Shown here: piece after piece, positions 38,903 through 47,593 of the stretch
Position numbering within the stretch: the first letter of the stretch is position 1
Layout: each line of letters begins with the position of its first letter
NCBI GenBank assembly: GCA_018816705.1
Contig: JAHIVG010000004.1
Span: 1-63,756, forward strand
Reading direction: 5' to 3'
Length of the DNA: 63,756 nt
Source of the DNA: Nanobdellota archaeon
Lineage (GTDB): Archaea; Nanobdellota; Nanobdellia; Woesearchaeales; JAHIVG01
Notes under the pieces: model-generated
What the model saw: only the letters and a program-made list of their open reading frames with translations
The model's database searches: none
Told to the model about the DNA's origin: nothing
Program-made: the position numbers and the translations under genes

Positions 38903-40383
38903 AAAAAAAACGCTATATACGCATTTTTCCGACCTGGGTAATATATTTTATTATCATATTAGTTGTCCTTAGTATCCCAGTCATATTACTTCGTAATGGA
39001 AATTCTGAGATAAATGAGGACAGGAACGTCAGGCAAGCAGCTGTCGCCGGCACTTGGTATCCAGGCTCAAAGAGCGACCTGGAAAAATCAGTCGATGATT
39101 ATTTTGCGAAGGCTGCAGAGCCAGACCTGGAGAAGGACATAAAGGGCCTCATCGTGCCCCACGCAGGCTATGTCTATTCCGGCCAGGTGGCTGCGCAGGG
39201 CTTCAACCAGCTGACCAAGCAGTATGACAAGGTCTTCATCCTAGCCAGTAACCACGCCCAGGGTGTTGATGTTAAAGGCATTTCAGTGCCTGATTTCACG
39301 CATTACAGCACGCCGCTCGGCGAGGTCAAGGTGTCCGAGATTGCGCAAGAGCTGTTGGATCACGACCTCTTCGTCAGCGTCCCTGCTGCTCACACCACTC
39401 ATGTCATCGAGATTGAGCTGCCTTTCCTCCAGCAGAAGCTTGGAGATTTCGAGATCATACCTTTAGTAACTGGACCCCTGAACTTTGAGCAGATCCAGCA
39501 GGCTGCAGACATACTGTCGCAATATATCGACAGCCGCAGCCTGATTGTTGTCAGCTCTGACCTGTCGCATTATCACCCGTACGACGAGGCTCTCCTGCTC
39601 GACACGACATGCATAAAGGAGGTAGAGGCGCAGGACTTCGAGGGCGCTGCGAAGTGCGAGGCCTGCGGCCTCTACGCGATGTTCATCCTTCTGGAGCTAT
39701 CGAAACGGAACGGCTGGCAGGCCAAGATTGTCGACTACAAGAACAGCGGCGACACCTCGGGAGACAAGTCTAGTGTTGTTGGTTATAGCTCGATAATATT
39801 CTACGAACAGCTGCTGACCGAGGAGGAGAAGACGACCTTGTTGAAGCTTGCCCGGCAGCAGCTGGAGTCCATCTACGGCGAGGTCGAGATGGAGGAGTAC
39901 GAGCTCACCCCGAACCTGAGGAAAGTGCAGGGGTGTTTCTCGACGCTGAACAAGGACAGTAACCTCAGGGGCTGCATCGGTCACATCCTGCCGCAGGAGG
40001 AGCTGTATAAGTGCGTCATGGACAACATACAGAACGCTGCCTTGCACGATGCGCGCTTCCAGCCCGTGACAGAACAGGAGCTTGAGGACATTGAGATAGA
40101 GATAAGCGTGCTCACCGTGCCAGAGAAGCTCCCTTTTGAATCAGGAGAGGACCTGTTGCAGAAGCTCAGGCCAGGCATCGACGGTGTGGTGTTGAAGAAG
40201 GGTTTCCGCCAGTCTACATATCTTCCGCAGGTCTGGGACATGTTCCCTGATGCTGAGACCTTCCTCTCCAGCCTCTGCATGAAAGGCGGTATGCCGGTTG
40301 ATTGCTGGCAGGACACGAGCACAGAGGTCCTTACTTATCAGGCGATAGTTTTCGATGAATCAGAAATACCTCAGCAGGATTAG
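38899..40383 (+). CDS. amrB-amrA: Membrane-anchored Memo (AmrB)-AMMECR1 (AmrA) fusion
   Basis: N-terminal TM; Memo motifs AVAG.WYP, PHAGYVYSG, SSDLSHY, ACG and VVGY; AMMECR1 motifs LRGCIG, D.RF.PV, EISVLT and LPQVW. Confidence 0.92.
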   Translation: MKKKRYIRIFPTWVIYFIIILVVLSIPVILLRNGNSEINEDRNVRQAAVAGTWYPGSKSDLEKSVDDYFAKAAEPDLEKDIKGLIVPHAGYVYSGQVAAQGFNQLTKQYDKVFILASNHAQGVDVKGISVPDFTHYSTPLGEVKVSEIAQELLDHDLFVSVPAAHTTHVIEIELPFLQQKLGDFEIIPLVTGPLNFEQIQQAADILSQYIDSRSLIVVSSDLSHYHPYDEALLLDTTCIKEVEAQDFEGAAKCEACGLYAMFILLELSKRNGWQAKIVDYKNSGDTSGDKSSVVGYSSIIFYEQLLTEEEKTTLLKLARQQLESIYGEVEMEEYELTPNLRKVQGCFSTLNKDSNLRGCIGHILPQEELYKCVMDNIQNAALHDARFQPVTEQELEDIEIEISVLTVPEKLPFESGEDLLQKLRPGIDGVVLKKGFRQSTYLPQVWDMFPDAETFLSSLCMKGGMPVDCWQDTSTEVLTYQAIVFDESEIPQQD

Positions 40384-40414
40384 GCTTACCTCGTACAGCA
40401 GCACCAATGGAATC
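40360..40414. repeat. 55-bp direct repeat, copy 1
   Basis: TCAGAAATACCTCAGCAGGATTAGGC...AATGGAATC; 54/55 identical to 41514-41568. Confidence 0.92.
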
Positions 40415-40448
40415 CCTATCAACACTTGAGTAATCACGTCTGGCGGGT
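40360..40448 (-). pseudogene. Duplicate 3' fragment of tatC
   Basis: Translates PPDVITQVLIGIPLVLLYEVSLILLRYF* versus tatC PPDVVTQVLIAIPLVLLYEVSLTLLRYF*. Confidence 0.88.
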
Positions 40449-40477
40449 CAAGAATAGTGTAATAATCACTCTGTCTT

Positions 40478-40930
40478 TTATGTATCCTGCTTGAAAGCGG
40501 ATAACAACTTCGGATAAATCACTTTCAGAAATTCCAGGACCTTTTTCGCAAACTCTGCATTGAATTCCTTTCCATAATACAGGATGCCGTTCCTGTAGTA
40601 TCTCAGGTCATTCATGAACCTCACTTGTCTCTCACCGAACTCCATCTTTCTCATATAGGACACTTCTGCCTCGTGGGCACCTTCGCCAGACGAGACAAAT
40701 CCCTTAATTAGCATCCTTGCCCTTATCAGCTCGATCAGCGCGTCATAAGAGCCTTCGATGTAGACATTCGCGCTGTCGTCAGACAGTCCCATCTTGCTGA
40801 TGGCCTGGTCGATGAATCGTTTCCTCTTCTGGGATTCATTGATCAAAGACCTTGCCCTGGATTTGTTGGGGCTGCTTTTTCTGATTGTCCCCTGCTCAAT
40901 GAATTCCTCAAAGCTTTTCAAAGGCCTCAT
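40478..40930 (-). CDS. HEPN-domain protein
   Basis: Helical 150 aa; H motif (GAHE) and RN-x3-Y (RNGILY); overlaps the MNT gene. Confidence 0.75.
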   Translation of the reverse strand: MRPLKSFEEFIEQGTIRKSSPNKSRARSLINESQKRKRFIDQAISKMGLSDDSANVYIEGSYDALIELIRARMLIKGFVSSGEGAHEAEVSYMRKMEFGERQVRFMNDLRYYRNGILYYGKEFNAEFAKKVLEFLKVIYPKLLSAFKQDT

Positions 40931-41466
40931 AGCTCCACTCCGCCCGAAAGGGTGATTCCGTTCAGGATATTCTCCCTGAGATCTACAATCACCTTATTCA
41001 AGCGCCCGTAATATTGTATGTTGATATCCCTTTCAAGAAGCCGGCTATATCCAGTCAAGTCCAGGTCACACCTTTTTGTCCCAATTATTGCTATGTCGAC
41101 GTCCGAGCTCATGACGTCCTCGCCTAATGAATAGCTCCCGAATAAAATAATGGTGCAGCCTGGGAACCGTTCCTCCAAGAATTCTGGGAGCTTGGATTCG
41201 TAGAGCATTTTTAGGTTCTCAACGCGCTTCATTTGGATTGCCTTAAGGCTGTTGCGATTAAGTTGGGCTGTGACAAGGTTAATAGTCTTGCTCTTTTCCT
41301 GGCTGATAAGTTCCCGCAGACCTTTAATGGCCTTGCCTACTGCTGTTGGCGAAACTTTTAGTGTGCGGGCAATCTCCCTTAAATTCATCGTTGTCCCTGC
41401 TTTAATGCATAGAAGCCTGAATATCTCATTCTGCAACCTTGTAAACTTTAGTTTATATATGTTCAT
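40927..41466 (-). CDS. HTH-fused minimal nucleotidyltransferase (MNT)
   Basis: N-terminal HTH (LREIARTLKVSPTAV); LFGSY..G.....SDVDIA motif. Confidence 0.9.
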   Translation of the reverse strand: MNIYKLKFTRLQNEIFRLLCIKAGTTMNLREIARTLKVSPTAVGKAIKGLRELISQEKSKTINLVTAQLNRNSLKAIQMKRVENLKMLYESKLPEFLEERFPGCTIILFGSYSLGEDVMSSDVDIAIIGTKRCDLDLTGYSRLLERDINIQYYGRLNKVIVDLRENILNGITLSGGVEL

Positions 41467-41487
41467 TTTAGTTTATAGGTGTAAACT
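41442..41487. promoter_or_regulatory. Candidate autoregulatory operator with TAAACT/AGTTTA half-sites
   Basis: TAAACT-tt-AGTTTA (41442-41455) and AGTTTA-n6-TAAACT (41470-41487) around the MNT start. Confidence 0.4.
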
Positions 41488-41513
41488 TATCTTTATATGT
41501 TTTTCGGTTCAAG

Positions 41514-41568
41514 TCAGAAATACCTCAGCAGGGTTAGGCTTACCTCGTACAGCAGCACCAATGGAATC
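41514..41568. repeat. 55-bp direct repeat, copy 2 (current tatC 3' end)
   Basis: Matches 40360-40414 with one mismatch. Confidence 0.92.
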
Positions 41569-42206
41569 GCGATAAGCACCTGGGTAACGACGTCCGGTGG
41601 GGTGATGATCGCTGCAAGGACGAATATGCCGACGTAGATGTAAGGCCTCTGCCTCTTCAGGAAGCCTACAGATATGAGGTTGAGCTTCTTCAGCATTATC
41701 AGGATGAGCGGCAGCTCGAACACGAAGCCGAGAGCTATGCAGATGGTCAGGATGAAGCTGATCAATGCCTTGACGCTCCACAGGTTCTGTATGTCTGCCA
41801 GGCCGGACAGGCTTGCGAGGAAATACAAGGTGACTTTCAGGAAGACGAGATATGCGAATGCAGCTCCGACAAAGAACAGCAGGAAGAACCCCGGTATGAA
41901 ATACCTGACAGCTGCCATCTCCCGCTTGGTGGCTGCCGGCTTGAAGAACAGTATCGCCTCGTACAGGATTATGGGGCTTGACACCACTATGGCAAACAAT
42001 AATCCCAGCCTGAGCTGGGTGTAGATGAACTCTACAGGTGTAAGGACCACCACAGGGACATTCGCTATTAGCAGATCAGACAACATCTGCTTCAGTATGA
42101 TGGGAGAGAGGAAGACCCCGACGAAGAAGGTTATCCCGACCCAGATGATTATGACGAGCAGGCGCTTCCTCAGTTCATCCAGGTGCTCTATCAGCGGCTG
42201 CCGCAT
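41514..42206 (-). CDS. tatC: Twin-arginine translocase subunit TatC
   Basis: L.EHL.ELRKRL, P.E, F.LP, AAIITPPD and P...LYE motifs. Confidence 0.95.
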   Translation of the reverse strand: MRQPLIEHLDELRKRLLVIIIWVGITFFVGVFLSPIILKQMLSDLLIANVPVVVLTPVEFIYTQLRLGLLFAIVVSSPIILYEAILFFKPAATKREMAAVRYFIPGFFLLFFVGAAFAYLVFLKVTLYFLASLSGLADIQNLWSVKALISFILTICIALGFVFELPLILIMLKKLNLISVGFLKRQRPYIYVGIFVLAAIITPPDVVTQVLIAIPLVLLYEVSLTLLRYF

Positions 42207-42207
42207 C

Positions 42208-42339
42208 TTACTTGAGCCCTTTCCTGTACTCCTTCACAGAGCCGCCCATTGCCCGTGCTAGCTGAGGCAGCTTCTTGGGCCCGAAGAGTATCAGCACTAT
42301 CACAAGGATTATCAAGATTTCAGTCATTCCGATCGCCAT
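42208..42339 (-). CDS. tatA: Twin-arginine translocase subunit TatA (43 aa, absent from the ORF track)
   Basis: Hand translation MAIGMTEILIILVIVLILFGPKKLPQLARAMGGSVKEYRKGLK; GGGGTGA SD. Confidence 0.93.
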   Translation of the reverse strand: MAIGMTEILIILVIVLILFGPKKLPQLARAMGGSVKEYRKGLK

Positions 42340-42597
42340 GGCCATCACCCCGAGATAGGGTTGGACAGATAGAATAAAAACTTTATGTTTACGGCTCTTG
42401 TCTCATGCCTGTAGCACGAATCCGGAATCCATGCCTGGACCGGCAAGAAGGCAACATGGATACCATCAGATGGTATGCCTGGCATGCGGGCTCATGATTC
42501 ATCCATACAAATACAGCACAAAATTTAAATACTAGTATATTGATGATTATATCAGTATACAAATTAATATACTCAATGACACCTGTTGGGGGTTATT

Positions 42598-44286
42598 ATG
42601 GAAAGCATAGCGTTGACCGTCGTAGTGTACTTTGTCTTCACCATAATCGGCGGCATCATAGCCACCAGGTTCAAGCAGCCGAGCGTGACCATGCTATTGC
42701 TGATGGGCCTCCTCATAGGGCCCCATGCGTTCAGGCTGGCCGGTAGCAGGGTCATCACCGGCTACGTCGTGGAGCTCGGCGCCATCCTCCTCCTGTTCAT
42801 AATAGGCCTGGAATTCTCGCTCAAGAAACTGCAGAAGATAGGCATAAAGGCGGCTGTCATCGGACTGCTCAAGGTGGGCATCGTGCTTTTCCTGGTCCTC
42901 CAGATCGGGCTGCTCCTCGGCCTGGATTTCAGCACCTCCCTCATACTCGGCGCTGCCCTGTCATTCAGCTCGACAGTGATAATCATAAAGGTGCTCGAGC
43001 AGAAGGCCATGATAAACAGGGACGAGATCCCGCTGCTCGTGGCCGTGCTGATAATAGAAGACCTCATCGTGGTGTTCATGCTCGCGTTCTTCTCCAGCTT
43101 CGCCGGCAAGTCCTTCATGGACGGCCTCCAGGAGACCATCCTCGGCCTGGTAGTCCTGGCCTGCGTCTACGTCATGCTGACCAGGATACTGAAATCCGTC
43201 TTCCGCTGGGTCGAGAAGAACAGCAGCGAGGACATAACCCCGTTCTTCGCCCTCGGCCTCTGCAGCAGCATGAGCTACCTCGCCTATGTGCTGCGCCTCT
43301 CGCCGACCATCGGCGCGTTCCTGGCAGGCAGCGTCATCGCCTCCATGCCCGGCAACAAGAGGTTCCTGAGCTCCTTGAACCCCTATGTGATGATGGTGAC
43401 CAGCATGTTCTTCATAGCCGTCGGCACCATGGTCGATATGAGGGTCGTGGTCGACAACGCGTGGATCATCATAGTCCTCATCGCCGCGGTCCTGGTAATC
43501 AGGTATCTTGCCATATTCCTCATCACCTCCATCGTTGCGAACTTCAGGAGTGAGCAGGCGGCCTTCTTCTCGGTGGCCATGTTCTCTGTCGGCGAGCTCT
43601 CATTGCTGATTGCGCAGGTCACCAAGCCCTATGCATCCATCGACATAATCTCCATCTCGGCCGCTATAGTGTTCATATCATCACTGCTGATGACCTTCAC
43701 CTTGCCTTCCTCCCAGAGGCTTTCCTCATGGGCCGTCGTGCCCAGGAGGTTCCAGAGTAGGATGAACAACCTGTCCGGCCTGATAAAATCCCTGCTCGAG
43801 GGCCTTGACACCGACAGCAGGGCCAGCTCCATGTTCAAGAGCTGCCTGTCCAAGACCTTCAAGGCCGGCCTCGCCTCTGTCGTGCTTGTTGTCGCGGCTT
43901 CAGCGACCGGCAGGTTCCTGCCCGACGGCGCGGCAAAGGTGGTGGCGGCGGCCCTCGCCCTGGTGACGGCCTATATGCTTTTCAACATGGGCAGGCATCT
44001 CAACGATGCCATGGACCACCTGGCTGCTGTCTACACCAACAGCTGCCCTGAGACGCACATGAGCCGGGCCCTCTCCACCCTCCGCGCCCTGCTGATATCT
44101 TTCCTTTCCCTGGTGGCAGGGCTGTTCATGCCGTTCCTGCTCTTCTCGCTGGGGCTGCCTGCCTGGAGCATCATATTCGCGTATCTTCTCATAATCCTGA
44201 GTGCGTATCTGGTGATAGGGAGCATGTCCCATATCCGCATCGGGATACCCGCGGTGCCGAGGAAGAGGTTCGTCAGGCCGTTCTGA
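42598..44286 (+). CDS. CPA2-family cation:proton antiporter with extra C-terminal TMs
   Basis: LLF.IGLEF, SST.II.K.L, LIIEDL and IGAFLAG motifs. Confidence 0.9.
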   Translation: MESIALTVVVYFVFTIIGGIIATRFKQPSVTMLLLMGLLIGPHAFRLAGSRVITGYVVELGAILLLFIIGLEFSLKKLQKIGIKAAVIGLLKVGIVLFLVLQIGLLLGLDFSTSLILGAALSFSSTVIIIKVLEQKAMINRDEIPLLVAVLIIEDLIVVFMLAFFSSFAGKSFMDGLQETILGLVVLACVYVMLTRILKSVFRWVEKNSSEDITPFFALGLCSSMSYLAYVLRLSPTIGAFLAGSVIASMPGNKRFLSSLNPYVMMVTSMFFIAVGTMVDMRVVVDNAWIIIVLIAAVLVIRYLAIFLITSIVANFRSEQAAFFSVAMFSVGELSLLIAQVTKPYASIDIISISAAIVFISSLLMTFTLPSSQRLSSWAVVPRRFQSRMNNLSGLIKSLLEGLDTDSRASSMFKSCLSKTFKAGLASVVLVVAASATGRFLPDGAAKVVAAALALVTAYMLFNMGRHLNDAMDHLAAVYTNSCPETHMSRALSTLRALLISFLSLVAGLFMPFLLFSLGLPAWSIIFAYLLIILSAYLVIGSMSHIRIGIPAVPRKRFVRPF

Positions 44287-44334
44287 CGCGGATTATTGGC
44301 AAGTTTAATATATCCTTATCCCGGTCCCTGCTGC

Positions 44335-45228
44335 ATGATGATCCTAGCCCATCTCAAAGGTGTGCCCCTGGCTGAGGCCGAGGCCCTGGCTGCCCTCCAG
44401 CTGAAAAACACGAAAAGGGACGGCCGCTTCTTCATCGGGGAGGCGGAACCAAGAAAAGTCATGCTGGCCTATTCGCACGCCGTCTATGAGCTGCTGTTCT
44501 CATGCGATGCCGCAGGGCTGGAGAAGAGATGCGAGGTTTTTGACTGGCAGATGTATTGCCGAGGCAGCTATGCTGTCCGCTCGAGCAAGAGCCAGGTGGA
44601 GCTGGCGGACATCATCTGGCGGTCGTTGAGGCAGCCGAAGGTAGACCTGTCAAAGCCCAAGACCGTATTCCAGTTCTTCTTCGGCAGGAAGGCATATGCG
44701 TGCAGGCTGCTGCAGGAGATGCCGAAGCCCTTGCCCAGCACGACGTCCTGGCCTGAGTTCCACCCTGCAAGCATGGACACCCGCCTGGCCAGGGCCATGG
44801 TCAACCTCGCGCAATCCAAGACTATTCTTGATCCTTTCTGCGGCATCGGCACCATCCCCATCGAGGCTGCCTTGCAGGACAGGAAAGCGATGGGCTCAGA
44901 CATCGATCCCATCATGGTGAAACGCGCCAGGATCAATGCCAAACATCTCAAGGCCAAGGCTGCATTAAAAGTCGCTGATGCTTTCAAGGCAAATGCTCCC
45001 ACTATGGTTACTGAGCTGCCCTTCGGCAAGAACTCCAGGATGATTGGTCCGGACGATTTCTTCGAGGGATTCTTGAAACGCTGCAAGGCCAAGAGGCTTG
45101 TCGCAGTCTTCCCAGAGGACAAGAAGATACTGCGGGCAGCGAAGAGGCACTGGAAGGTCGAACAGCACCACACGATACGGGTCCACAAGAGCCTCACCAA
45201 GATGCTGCTGGTGTGTTCTCAGAAGTAG
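44335..45228 (+). CDS. THUMP-like/tRNA G10 N2-methyltransferase (Trm11-like)
   Basis: VDL..P, HPASM...LARAMVNL, DPFCG.G, GSDID and VHKSLT motifs. Confidence 0.85.
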   Translation: MMILAHLKGVPLAEAEALAALQLKNTKRDGRFFIGEAEPRKVMLAYSHAVYELLFSCDAAGLEKRCEVFDWQMYCRGSYAVRSSKSQVELADIIWRSLRQPKVDLSKPKTVFQFFFGRKAYACRLLQEMPKPLPSTTSWPEFHPASMDTRLARAMVNLAQSKTILDPFCGIGTIPIEAALQDRKAMGSDIDPIMVKRARINAKHLKAKAALKVADAFKANAPTMVTELPFGKNSRMIGPDDFFEGFLKRCKAKRLVAVFPEDKKILRAAKRHWKVEQHHTIRVHKSLTKMLLVCSQK

Positions 45229-45262
45229 AAATTTTATAAATTATGCTGCATTCCCCCCTCCT

Positions 45263-46192
45263 ATGATAGTGGGCGTATTCCCGGGGCAGGGTAACCAGTA
45301 CATGGGCATGGGGCAGGATGTTTTTGAGAACCATAAGACAGCCAGGCTCAGAAGTAAGTATGCAGCCAAAGTGACAGGCATCGATATCCCGAGAATATCC
45401 CATGAGGGTACCCCTGAAGAGCAGAGGGAGCCTGTAAATCTTCAGCTCATCACTTATGTTCATTCCTGCTTCATGCACGATATCCTAAAAGAAGAGACTG
45501 GGCTGGATATCTTCTGTTACGCAGGCCACTCAGTCGGTGAGTATGCAGCCCTGTATGCCGCAAATTCCTTCTCTTTCGCTGACGGCGCGAGGATAGTCAA
45601 GAAAAGGGCTGAGTTCATGAAGAGGGATATAGATATCCAACGGTTTCCGGATGGACATTTCCTGGTTGCCTTGTTGGGTGCAGATGTGGGTGAAGTGAAG
45701 CGCTTATGTCTCGAATCAGGCCTGCAGGTGGCACTTTACAATTCACCTGGCAATATTGTCATCGGAGGCCATCCAGACTTGATAGAAGAATGGGAGGAAA
45801 AGATGCCCGGCAGGCCACGTAAGCTTGGTGTCCCAGGACCCTTCCACACGAAGTATTTCGTCAACGCTGGAGAAAGCCTTAAAGAGTACCTCAAGGGGCT
45901 TGATCTAAGGGTGCCTGAAGGGCTTGTATACTCTAATTACACTGCTGAGCCTTATGAGAAGGATATTGAAGACCCGATACTGCATATGATATACAACCTG
46001 GCTGAACAGCTTTCCAACCCTGTAAGGTGGATGCAGATCATCCAGAACATGCCTGACCTCGAGCTGGCCATTGAGATGGGACCTGGCAAGTCATTGGCAG
46101 GGATGATAAAGAAGACCAGGCCTGAGGTGAAGACTCTATCTGTCCAGGATATGCCTAGTTTGGAATCTGCTGTTGCTGAGCTCTCTTCATGA
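45263..46192 (+). CDS. fabD: Malonyl-CoA:ACP transacylase
   Basis: VFPGQG.Q..GMG, GHSVGEY.AL, R, N.P..IVI.G, PFHT, Q...PVRW and E.GPG..L motifs. Confidence 0.92.
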   Translation: MIVGVFPGQGNQYMGMGQDVFENHKTARLRSKYAAKVTGIDIPRISHEGTPEEQREPVNLQLITYVHSCFMHDILKEETGLDIFCYAGHSVGEYAALYAANSFSFADGARIVKKRAEFMKRDIDIQRFPDGHFLVALLGADVGEVKRLCLESGLQVALYNSPGNIVIGGHPDLIEEWEEKMPGRPRKLGVPGPFHTKYFVNAGESLKEYLKGLDLRVPEGLVYSNYTAEPYEKDIEDPILHMIYNLAEQLSNPVRWMQIIQNMPDLELAIEMGPGKSLAGMIKKTRPEVKTLSVQDMPSLESAVAELSS

Positions 46193-46931
46193 CCAGCACG
46201 TTGACAGGGTCGAGCATGGTCAGTTCTCCGGTGTTCTTGTCAGTGTCCCATCTGACCATGTACATCTTCATGATGGCCAGTTCTGGGCCTTCTCTCGTAT
46301 GATGATTGTGGACTTCAAGGGTGTATTCAGGGTCTTCACCGTCATAGATTGCCTTCAGTCGCTTGAATTCCATGAAATAGGATCCAATCACCTCGTCACT
46401 GTTGGTGAGGCCCTTCACTCTTGGATCAAAGATATCCAATAGTTGATACTTGCCTCTTTCTGTCTGGTCCGGGGTTATCATGAAGCTGAGCCCACCGTCG
46501 AATGTCTTGATGCCGTCTTCTGTCTTCTCGACACCGACAAAATATGCCTCTGGAACGCTCAGACCCATCCCTCGCATGTTCTCGATGGATTCAGGGAGCC
46601 TTGTCTCGTATGACATCGAGGGAGCTATTGCATAATGCCTCCTCATCTCATGCCTTGGGCAGGTCTTGCCCACATATCCAGTCCCGAGCTGGATGACTAT
46701 CTGTTCCGAGCCTTGGTCGAATAACTCATCAGCCCCCCTTGATAGGAACACCATAGGGTGGGAGAGCCCAAGATAAGGCAGCTGCTCAGCCAGGTCCTTC
46801 GCCGAATACCCTCTCAACAATCTCTCTTTGAGCTCATCAATTCTCTTATCATCGTCAGCCGATTCCCTAGTAAGAATGAGTTCAAGAGCCCGCATCGAAT
46901 CCTGGACTTCCGGCTTCATACAGGGGTGCAT
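46155..46931 (-). CDS. Hypothetical protein, possibly degenerate kinase-like fold
   Basis: 258-aa ORF; GSEQIV...YVGK and VP.AY pattern. Confidence 0.6.
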   Translation of the reverse strand: MHPCMKPEVQDSMRALELILTRESADDDKRIDELKERLLRGYSAKDLAEQLPYLGLSHPMVFLSRGADELFDQGSEQIVIQLGTGYVGKTCPRHEMRRHYAIAPSMSYETRLPESIENMRGMGLSVPEAYFVGVEKTEDGIKTFDGGLSFMITPDQTERGKYQLLDIFDPRVKGLTNSDEVIGSYFMEFKRLKAIYDGEDPEYTLEVHNHHTREGPELAIMKMYMVRWDTDKNTGELTMLDPVNVLVMKRAQQQQIPN

Positions 46932-47109
46932 ATCGCTTTTATTTAAAAATCTATCGGTCCGTTACTATCATTTAAGGACAAATTTATCACCTAACGGTGC
47001 CGATAAGTTCCCTAATAAAAATATCAATTATTAGTATATTAGTATACCTTTTCAGGATACCATAAGATGTTGCAGTCATGCGGCCCACACCCATGTTCAA
47101 TATGCTTGA

Positions 47110-47373
47110 CTACAATAATTTCGCGCCGCTGCCCGAGACTCTTTTGAACCCTTTGATCAGATGGATCCGGTTCTTTATAGAATCATATATCTTCTCGATC
47201 TCTGCCGGCGTGAAATCGACTATCCCAGAAGAGCTCTTACCCATATAGCAGACGGATATCGACTCCCTGTCTGGATGCAGCAGGTCTTCGTTGATGACTA
47301 TCTCTTTCACGTTGCCGCTTGTCTCCACACGGGCAATCCCGTCCGGATTTTGCTTCCTGATCCTTATTTGCAT
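47110..47373 (-). CDS. Small hypothetical protein
   Basis: 87-aa ORF with GGGGG SD. Confidence 0.7.
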   Translation of the reverse strand: MQIRIRKQNPDGIARVETSGNVKEIVINEDLLHPDRESISVCYMGKSSSGIVDFTPAEIEKIYDSIKNRIHLIKGFKRVSGSGAKLL

Positions 47374-47593
47374 TGATCAACCCCCTTATGACTATCTTAA
47401 AATGGTGACATGTATTTAAACTTTGTCATCGACATGGGTTTGTAGAAAATCATTTTATCACGGCCATGCTCAGGGCGGTAAATAAGGGGGGTGATTGGCC
47501 GGAGCGACTTATCCCCCAGATTTATGACAAGGCCCGTTTGATGCATGAATATCGATGCATAAATATAAAAACAACCCGCGTTTCATGCCCAGC

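Larger units (their letters stand above)
40360..41568. mobile_element. Minimal integrated MNT-HEPN cassette flanked by tatC-derived direct repeats
   Basis: Repeats 1154 bp apart enclose only two genes; no integrase inside. Confidence 0.65.

Noticed and set aside
40478..40930. HEPN lacking the canonical R-x4-H motif
   Set aside because: R-x4-Y variants are common among archaeal MNT-associated HEPNs, so this is not novel on its own
45098..45262. N-terminal extension of FabD
   Set aside because: Overlaps the Trm11-like gene and a TATA-like motif; homology starts at 45263
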